Of a stretch of 12,686 nucleotides of DNA, positions 7,577-12,686 are shown piece by piece (within the stretch, counting starts at the first letter, position 1; the number at the start of each line of letters is the position of its first letter). The notes under the pieces were generated by a model, which worked only from the letters and a program-made list of their open reading frames with translations, was not told where the DNA came from and did not search any database. The stretch lies in the UHGV virus genome UHGV-0141872; one strand, written 5' to 3'. The stretch is from a virus. The position numbers and the translations under genes were made by a program.

Positions 7577-7760
7577 GTCTGTAACAACCGAACTGATAAT
7601 CTGCCAGGCCCGCCATAACAAGCTGAGTCAGTATTAACTGGCAGCGCTCGCGTGAAAGGTAAGTATTCTGCGCAATCTCCCCGACAGTCGCCGGTTCGGT
7701 GACGCTTAATTCATTAAACACCACTCTGGCGGTTTCGGTCATATCCTGCTGTTTTAGCAT
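7563..7760 (-). CDS. Small hypothetical protein, 65 aa, possibly winged-helix/HTH-like (MLKQQDMTETARVVFNELSVTEPATVGEIAQNTYLSRERCQLILTQLVMAGLADYQFGCYRRLPQ)
   Basis: ATG at 7760 preceded by AAAAGGGAAAAAGAC; the longer ORF-track form starts with GTG at 7853 and has no SD. The HTH-like call is from the pattern TVGEIAQNTYLSRERCQLILTQL only. Confidence 0.4.
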   Translation of the reverse strand: MLKQQDMTETARVVFNELSVTEPATVGEIAQNTYLSRERCQLILTQLVMAGLADYQFGCYRRLPQ

Positions 7761-7881
7761 GTCTTTTTCCCTTTTCTGGTTAACGTGACATACCAATAAC
7801 TCTTGTCGAAAAAGCCAGCAAGCAGAAAGACCAGTATTAATAACTACCAGCACATTTAACGCACTGCGCTACTTTGCGGGC

Positions 7882-7906
7882 ACAAAAAACCCGCTCAGAG
7901 GCGGGG
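7882..7906 (-). terminator. Rho-independent terminator downstream of the CPBP-protease gene
   Basis: Minus strand: CCCGC-ctctga-GCGGG followed by TTTTTTGTG. Confidence 0.5.
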
Positions 7907-8047
7907 GGCAAGCTATGCGGAGAAATAACAACTCTTAACAGCATACCTGATTTTTTACGTACGTAAATGCTTTGCCGTGCATATTTTTCATGCAAATGTC
8001 ACATCCTGCTATTTTTCAGTGTTATAAATTTAAAGTCATAGAAAAAA

Positions 8048-8866
8048 TCAATTATGTTTTAAGAATGGATAGGTAAAGAATAACAAGTGACACAGATTCA
8101 AACCAAAATGGAAAAGGGTGGCAACCCACAAGCGCCCACTCCACATCCATGACAATCCATACACAACACCAGATAACGTGGCAAATAATACAAGTAAAGC
8201 ACCACCTGAATAGTGAAAAAAACCAAACAACAAAGCCGCCACAATTAACGCAACCAATGGAGACGTCACTTCTGATAGCCGTGATTGAATATACCCTCTA
8301 AATAATGACTCCTCAGCCAGAGACACAAAAAATAAATTAGCCAATATAAACTCTGGCAACCACTCAGGAAAATGAATCTCTGGCTTTAACCCACCCAAAA
8401 AAACAGCCAAAAACAGGATAAGAGGAACAGAGAGCAACAGAGTCCCCCACTTCCACAAAGACACTTCTGATTTCACTTCTTTTTTAAACAAAGAAGCTGT
8501 ACACAGGACTAACAAAAATGGCACCAGTGCTTTATCAAAATTAAAATACATTGTATAGGGAGTGCTTTGAGGCCCGACAGTAACAGACTTTAGCACTACA
8601 GGATTGTGAAACCCTGGCCATAAATGGAAAGATAATGCTATGGCTGATAAAACTATGCCAGCTTCATATATAGATTTAGCCCAGGCGTTATATTTCCAGT
8701 TGAGCTTCAAAATAATAAAAAAAACGATTGTAGCAACAAAAAACAACACCGACCAATCAATAATATCATTAAGCACAGCCAGGACAACTGACACCGTCAA
8801 TAATGAAAAAGCCACAACCTTATGCCAACTGAGAGTTGACAGTGACAGTGCTAACACAATCCACAT
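8048..8866 (-). CDS. CPBP-family intramembrane metalloprotease (CAAX protease / bacteriocin-processing, Abi-domain family), 272 aa, polytopic membrane protein
   Basis: All three CPBP signature motifs are present: EExxxR (AEESLFRG), FxxxH (FGFFHY), HxxxN (HFGLN), in a protein with about 7-8 hydrophobic segments. ATG at 8866 preceded by AAAGGAGCGCTT. The gene is strongly AT-rich relative to the rest of the prophage. Confidence 0.75.
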   Translation of the reverse strand: MWIVLALSLSTLSWHKVVAFSLLTVSVVLAVLNDIIDWSVLFFVATIVFFIILKLNWKYNAWAKSIYEAGIVLSAIALSFHLWPGFHNPVVLKSVTVGPQSTPYTMYFNFDKALVPFLLVLCTASLFKKEVKSEVSLWKWGTLLLSVPLILFLAVFLGGLKPEIHFPEWLPEFILANLFFVSLAEESLFRGYIQSRLSEVTSPLVALIVAALLFGFFHYSGGALLVLFATLSGVVYGLSWMWSGRLWVATLFHFGLNLCHLLFFTYPFLKHN

Positions 8867-8896
8867 AAGCGCTCCTTTTATTTAATGATGAAGATT

Positions 8897-8926
8897 GATT
8901 ATCAATATTTTCAATTCACCTGGCAA
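8897..8926 (-). promoter_or_regulatory. Candidate sigma70 promoter upstream of the CPBP gene (moron promoter, or the phage late promoter PR')
   Basis: Minus strand: TTGCCA (-35), 17-nt spacer, GATAAT (-10), about 30 nt upstream of the CPBP start and about 100 nt downstream of the Q stop. AT-rich context, so chance matches are possible. Confidence 0.35.
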
Positions 8927-9019
8927 CATTTTGTTTACCTTCCACAAAATTCATGACCACCAAAAAATAAACACATTAATTATAAACACAGAAAACATAA
9001 CCCTCATCACTATATATCC

Positions 9020-9394
9020 CTACCGCATATCCATATCTAGCCGGACATTCAGAGCCATAAGCATTCCTTCAATAATACCTTCCGCTTTATAAAGTCTTTT
9101 ACCAATAAGACCATCAGAACATCTATGCTTACGTGCAAGAGCCATAAATGTCATTCCACCTACGTAATAATCCACCAACAAATCGTGCAAATACTGATTA
9201 TTCTTGTTTAATCGTGCCATACAGCCACAAATTATCATGGCATCATCATCAGAACACTGAGGACGTGATTTCACTTTAGTCGGGATTAATCCTTTAAAAC
9301 CAGCAGCTATCGAGGGCCATGTTACATCCTCATGATTATTTGCTGCCCATGCTCCCCACCGCTCCATAACCAGCTGAATATCACGCAACATCAT
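9020..9394 (-). CDS. Late-gene antitermination protein Q (phage 82 / QuuD-type), 124 aa
   Basis: [62 protein letters not shown]... closely matches my recollection of E. coli DLP12 QuuD / phage 82 Q. ATG-ATG start preceded by AAGAGGATG. Confidence 0.8.
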   Translation of the reverse strand: MMLRDIQLVMERWGAWAANNHEDVTWPSIAAGFKGLIPTKVKSRPQCSDDDAMIICGCMARLNKNNQYLHDLLVDYYVGGMTFMALARKHRCSDGLIGKRLYKAEGIIEGMLMALNVRLDMDMR

Positions 9395-9476
9395 TACATC
9401 CTCTTATTACGAATATATTCACACCCAGTCGCCCACCGCAAATAGGCAGACCACGCACAATATTGATTCCATCAAA

Positions 9477-9752
9477 CTACTCGTCGTCTATGAGTAGTCC
9501 GGCATGCGTCAGCGCATCCAGTGGCGCTTTCAACAGGTTGTCCAGGTCACGACGGCGCTTATCCGGTGGCTCCACAATAATCCTGATCGCCAGCTTTTCG
9601 GACAGGTTTAATTTCAGTCGCTGCTGGCTAACAACTAGCGCTACATCACGGCAATAACGCTTTCCTGCTTCCGAGATGAAATACGTATTGCCATGACGTC
9701 GCCAGTAGGTATTCACCGTCGGCGGGTAAGGCAAAACAAACTCTATACGCAT
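9477..9752 (-). CDS. rusA: RusA-like Holliday junction resolvase, truncated at 91 aa by an in-frame TAG; the frame continues to 9381 encoding the expected RusA C-terminus
   Basis: RRRDLDNL and LIDD motifs (RusA catalytic Asp cluster). The TAG at 9479..9477 falls where E. coli RusA has Gln (CAG); downstream in-frame FDGINIVRGLPICGGRLGVNI aligns with RusA [21 protein letters not shown]. ATG at 9752 preceded by AAAGAGGTTACTG. Confidence 0.7.
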   Translation of the reverse strand: MRIEFVLPYPPTVNTYWRRHGNTYFISEAGKRYCRDVALVVSQQRLKLNLSEKLAIRIIVEPPDKRRRDLDNLLKAPLDALTHAGLLIDDE

Positions 9753-9764
9753 CAGTAACCTCTT

Positions 9765-10814
9765 TTACCCAAGCACGCCGGTTGCAAAGGCGTGATCAAG
9801 AAAACCAAAAATTAAATCAACCTGGGAACCATGCTTTTCTTCGAACGCCTGCGGATCTGCATGAAGTTCGTTGTGATGTTCCCGACACAGCGGCAACGTA
9901 AAAATATCGTGGGCTTTTGTCCCCATCCCGCCCTGACCGTGACCAATCAGGTGATGGGGATCGTCTGCTGGCTTACCACAACACGTACACGGCTGTGTCT
10001 TCACCCAGCGCGTATATTTCTCATTTACCCAACGGCGACGTTTAGGCCGCCTCATGAAAGATTCCGGTGACTCCGGATCAACGGTGATGCTGACCACCGT
10101 CTTTTCCTGTAGTGGGTTTTGTTGCTGGTGGGCGTGATATGGCTGCACAAGATTTTTTGTGCGCTGCTTCAGTACGCTGGTGGCTGTCTGCTCTCCCGGT
10201 ATGATTTCGCTTTCGCGGTACACCGAGCGGATTTTTTCCGCACGCAATCCCAGAGAACGACGTAATACTGCCTCCGGAAGCGCGTCCGCCACTTGATTGC
10301 AGACCGCCCACCAAGATAATTCAGCTAGCGATAACTCTCGCTCCTGTGTGCCATTCATTGCATGACGGATGACGTCAATCATCCATGCTGACAAGTTTTG
10401 GTGAGCTAGTAGCCCGAGTGATTCGGAGGTCTGGTCACGCAACTGGTTGTCGCAGTGCCAGCACAACACCATCGCGCCAGAGTCATAACGGTGAATGACG
10501 GTTTCACTGTGGTGATAATCGCCGTGTGGCCACTGGCAGGATTTAACATGGCGCAGTAACCAGTGAGACAATGCGCCAGCGCCACCAGCAGCACGAATCA
10601 CTCGTTCGTCGCTGAAAAATGACAGTAATGATTTATCCTCCGCCAGCGGCTGGCGAACGGCAGGGACGACTCCGGACGGCAGACCGAGCATGCTTTTCGG
10701 TTCCGGCTCCACCAGCACTCGAGGATTGTGAAATACCTTCATGGATTCACGACCTGGCTTAAGGACCACCAGCCCGAGTTCCGGTACCAGAACAGGTCGA
10801 AGTAATACCCGCAC
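9765..10814 (-). CDS. DUF968-like lambdoid nin-region protein (YdfU-like) with C-terminal HNH-like Cys/His motif, 349 aa
   Basis: C-terminal CTCCGKPADDPHHLIGHG...LCREHHNELH zinc-finger/HNH-like pattern. Size and position (just upstream of rusA and Q) match my recollection of E. coli Qin YdfU. GTG start at 10814 preceded by GGAGGTAAC; an internal ATG (MKVFHN...) is an alternative. Confidence 0.5.
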   Translation of the reverse strand: MRVLLRPVLVPELGLVVLKPGRESMKVFHNPRVLVEPEPKSMLGLPSGVVPAVRQPLAEDKSLLSFFSDERVIRAAGGAGALSHWLLRHVKSCQWPHGDYHHSETVIHRYDSGAMVLCWHCDNQLRDQTSESLGLLAHQNLSAWMIDVIRHAMNGTQERELSLAELSWWAVCNQVADALPEAVLRRSLGLRAEKIRSVYRESEIIPGEQTATSVLKQRTKNLVQPYHAHQQQNPLQEKTVVSITVDPESPESFMRRPKRRRWVNEKYTRWVKTQPCTCCGKPADDPHHLIGHGQGGMGTKAHDIFTLPLCREHHNELHADPQAFEEKHGSQVDLIFGFLDHAFATGVLG

Positions 10815-10815
10815 G

Positions 10816-11094
10816 TTACCTCCAGATCCGTTGCAGGAACGTGCGGGACGGACGCGGTGGGCGTTCGGAGTAAGGCAATCTGACTGAGATTATCCAGTGA
10901 CGGTAGTCGAGACTAAGGGCTTTCTTAACCTCGTATCCGCGCCTGCGGTAACACTGAATTATCCATTCAGCCTGCTCTTCAGTGCATGGAGGGTGCTGGA
11001 ACCATTCAGACTTGAATGCGTGAGAATACCGCTCGTGCGTGCAGGCAAGAACGGGCGAATTATCAGAATTGTAATATTTTACGTTGCGTGCCAT
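10816..11094 (-). CDS. Hypothetical phage protein, 92 aa (Cys/His-containing)
   Basis: ATG at 11094 preceded by GGAGAAAACCG. Stop abuts the next gene's start. No family recognised. Confidence 0.5.
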   Translation of the reverse strand: MARNVKYYNSDNSPVLACTHERYSHAFKSEWFQHPPCTEEQAEWIIQCYRRRGYEVKKALSLDYRHWIISVRLPYSERPPRPSRTFLQRIWR

Positions 11095-11160
11095 CGGTTT
11101 TCTCCGGTGGCACGGTGTTACTCAGCGGGAGTTCAGCCCCGCGCAAGATTGTAGATGAGT

Positions 11161-11412
11161 TTATTCTTCTGCAAAAGCTGAAAAGCCTGCTTTTATTCCG
11201 ATCTCTTTCAGTGCCTGTAATGAAGTGACAAACTCACCTTCGCGCAAGATAAATCCGTCCGTCACTCGACCATCCACAAAATTAATTAACGCAGCCCCAT
11301 TCTTTCGCAAACACATAATGCGGTAATGACTAACAAGATTTCCATTTTCAACACACACAGCATAGAGGCCATCTTCACAAAAAATTTTACGCAGTTCTTC
11401 GATGTTCATCAT
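11161..11412 (-). CDS. Small hypothetical protein, 83 aa; resembles my recollection of E. coli Qin protein Rem
   Basis: MMNIEELRKIFCEDGLYAVCVENGNLVSHYRIMCLRKNGAALINFVDGRVTDGFILREGEFVTSLQALKEIGIKAGFSAFAEE. ATG at 11412 preceded by GGAAGGATTCTG. The Rem assignment is from memory and unverified, so no symbol is given. Confidence 0.5.
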   Translation of the reverse strand: MMNIEELRKIFCEDGLYAVCVENGNLVSHYRIMCLRKNGAALINFVDGRVTDGFILREGEFVTSLQALKEIGIKAGFSAFAEE

Positions 11413-11530
11413 CAGAATCCTTCCGGATAATTAGCTCTCCCCTTTAAGGGACCATCCCTCTTATCCCTGCGCGCTACTTAAGTATTTTTGATTCTATTCC
11501 GGCACCGTCCAGAACTTCAAACGCGTTGAA

Positions 11531-11560
11531 AATAAAAACAAAAACCCGCCGAAGCGGGTT
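11531..11560 (-). terminator. Rho-independent terminator at the 3' end of the hok transcript
   Basis: Minus strand: AACCCGC-ttcg-GCGGGTT followed by TTTGTTTTTATTTT. An fbi-like hairpin CGAGGGAGAAATCCCTCG lies just upstream. Confidence 0.55.
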
Positions 11561-11628
11561 AAGTACGGGTGCGTTGAGGATGCCTGCCACATCAGAGGTG
11601 GCGAGGGATTTCTCCCTCGCTGGGTCTC

Positions 11629-11784
11629 TTACTCCTCAGGTTCGTAAGCTGTGAAGACAGCGACCTCCGTCTGGCCGGTTCAGATTCGTACCTCGCAGAG
11701 GTCTTTCCTCGTTACCAGTGCCGTCACTATGACGGTTAAACAGATGACGATCAGGGCGATTAACATCGCCTTTTGCTGCTTCAT
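11629..11784 (-). pseudogene. hokD: hok-family type I toxin gene (HokD/RelF-like) interrupted by an in-frame TGA at codon 35
   Basis: Translation MKQQKAMLIALIVICLTVIVTALVTRKDLCEVRI*TGQTEVAVFTAYEPEE matches my recollection of E. coli HokD (51 aa) except that the Arg codon is TGA (11682..11680). SD AAGGAG lies 9 nt upstream of ATG at 11784. Confidence 0.6.
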
Positions 11785-11900
11785 AGCCTGCTTCTCCTTG
11801 CCTTTCGGCACGTAAGAGGCTAACCTACATGTGTCTAGCATGAAATTGGCCTCAGATTAATGTTAAGCGTCTTGCAGGACGCGTAATGTTAACTGGGGCT
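11785..11900. promoter_or_regulatory. hok mRNA leader / mok-overlap region; expected location of the antisense Sok RNA and its promoter (plus strand)
   Basis: Inferred from the canonical hok/sok architecture (antisense RNA complementary to the leader of the toxin mRNA). An in-frame upstream ATG (MLDTCRLASYVPKGKEKQA...) is present in the leader. Exact Sok boundaries cannot be set from sequence alone. Confidence 0.3.
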
Positions 11901-11995
11901 TTTCTCTATCTGCCGTTGGTGTTCATGCCCGAGGCAGATAGCCTCAAGCACCCGCAGCCATTCTACTTAACTACCGCTACCTCGCCAATATGAAA

Positions 11996-12085
11996 TCAGT
12001 CTGAAAGGCGATCCATAAGAACAATAGCAAGACAATAAATCGCCATTACAGCTGTAATAGCCAGCGCACATTTGAGAACCAGCAC
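11996..12085 (-). CDS. Candidate small hydrophobic peptide, 29 aa (MLVLKCALAITAVMAIYCLAIVLMDRLSD)
   Basis: Found by manual translation. GTG start at 12085 with AGGAGG 5 nt upstream; single predicted TM helix. No family recognised; could be a chance ORF. Confidence 0.3.
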   Translation of the reverse strand: MLVLKCALAITAVMAIYCLAIVLMDRLSD

Positions 12086-12325
12086 CACAACCTCCTGTAT
12101 TGGACGTACACCAGTCCTGATGAATATGAGGCTATCTCGTCAGTGATTCAATACAACTATTGGGTATAGTTTCTCTGATTTTTTCTGTGGTAATGGGGCA
12201 CAACCACTAGTCACCACCAGCACTTCTTTTAATACGCAAAGTCCGCCACAAGCTAACCCCCTAGTCCGCTTTGAGCGAACAGCGGACGTTGGCCGACCGC
12301 TCTTAGCGGCAAACGCCACCAAATG

Positions 12326-12356
12326 TAAATAAAAAAGCCACCTTATCAGGTGGCCA
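12326..12356 (-). terminator. Rho-independent terminator downstream of the alpha/beta-hydrolase gene
   Basis: Minus strand: GCCACCT-gata-AGGTGGC followed by TTTTTTATTTACATTT, 30 nt after the stop at 12385. Confidence 0.6.
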
Positions 12357-12384
12357 GTTCAGTGAATCTTTAAGTTATAAAGGG

Positions 12385-12646
12385 TTATTCAGCAAAGCAC
12401 TTCCTGGCATGCTCTTCCACGAACGCCGCTACGGTTTCCGGCGCTTCAAGCGGCGGGAAGTGGTTTACGCCTTTCAGGATTTTCAGCTCCGCGCCGCCGC
12501 CCAGCACCTGCTGCAGCGCCGCTGCAAACGGAAGCGGGTTTGGCGCGTCATTTTCGCCCTGCAGAATAAGCGCTGGCGCGGTGATAGCATCATACTGATC
12601 GGCCATTTCATGATTCAGAAACGCAGCGGCATTGGCCTGCATCGAG
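12385..12646 (-). CDS. Alpha/beta-hydrolase fold protein, C-terminal fragment (N-terminus lies beyond the contig end); probably a host gene
   Basis: C-terminal translation ...ITAPALILQGENDAPNPLPFAAALQQVLGGGAELKILKGVNHFPPLEAPE... is typical of the cap/His region of alpha/beta hydrolases. GC content is clearly higher than in the prophage. The first 10 residues of the ORF-track protein (MGSEMCIRDS) are translated adapter. Confidence 0.6.
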
Positions 12647-12680
12647 CTGTCTCTTATACACATCTCCGAGCCCACGAGAC
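12647..12680 (+). other. Illumina Nextera (Tn5 mosaic end) adapter, a sequencing/assembly artifact at the contig end
   Basis: Exact match to CTGTCTCTTATACACATCTCCGAGCCCACGAGAC, followed by 6 nt that would be the start of an index. Confidence 0.95.
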
Positions 12681-12686
12681 GCTCAT

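Noticed and set aside
7397-7621. Minus-strand 74-aa ORF between the methyltransferase and the 65-aa gene
   Set aside because: Overlaps the methyltransferase start and the terminator hairpin; no SD; no recognisable features.
7955-7966. Perfect 12-bp palindrome TTACGTACGTAA downstream of the CPBP gene
   Set aside because: A single short palindrome in AT-rich DNA could arise by chance; no paired site or adjacent promoter supports an operator role. Noted only as a possible protein-binding site.
8640-9092. Plus-strand ORFs 8640..8885 and 8895..9092
   Set aside because: Artefacts of AT-rich sequence antisense to the CPBP gene and the Q-proximal intergenic region (Ile/Asn/Thr-rich).
9831-10594. 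ORFs 9831..10070 (+), 10078..10314 (-) and 10406..10594 (-)
   Set aside because: All nested within or antisense to the 349-aa DUF968-like gene.
12140-12322. Minus-strand 60-aa ORF in the hok-to-hydrolase intergenic region
   Set aside because: No SD, Arg/Ser-rich translation, no hydrophobic or catalytic features.
11900-12330. Prophage-host junction or att site in the interval between the hok locus and the hydrolase terminator
   Set aside because: No integrase gene, tRNA target or direct repeat pair is visible in the window, so a boundary cannot be placed; the GC shift is suggestive only.

Overview
The window spans the internal cos junction of a lambdoid (lambda-like, cos-packaging) enterobacterial prophage; every supportable gene is on the minus strand, and the plus-strand ORFs in the track are antisense shadows. 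Reading 5'->3' on the minus strand: an interrupted hok/sok-type type I toxin locus (about 11530-11900), a Rem-like small protein, a 92-aa hypothetical, a DUF968-like HNH-motif protein, a RusA-like resolvase cut short by an in-frame amber codon, a phage-82/QuuD-type antiterminator Q, then an AT-rich accessory block (CPBP/Abi-family intramembrane protease with its own promoter and terminator, a small winged-helix-like protein, an orphan beta-class DNA amino-methyltransferase), a tRNA-Thr(UGU)/tRNA-Gly(UCC) pair, about 1.1 kb of ORF-poor DNA dense in intrinsic terminators, a lysis cassette (putative holin, second membrane protein, M15 peptidase endolysin, tiny lipoprotein), two unknown genes, a cos site (cosN-like sequence plus an array of GGGACAY heptamers), and the small and large terminase subunits (the large one runs off the left edge). 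The right end (12385 onward) is a GC-rich partial alpha/beta-hydrolase gene, and the last about 40 nt are Illumina Nextera adapter, so the contig end is an artifact. Nothing here is proven novel from sequence alone; the most interesting candidates are the CPBP-protease moron in the Q-to-lysis cargo hotspot, the terminator-dense ORF-poor region upstream of the holin, and the two C-to-T nonsense lesions in rusA and hok. All protein identifications rest on my reading of translations and recalled family motifs, not on database searches.
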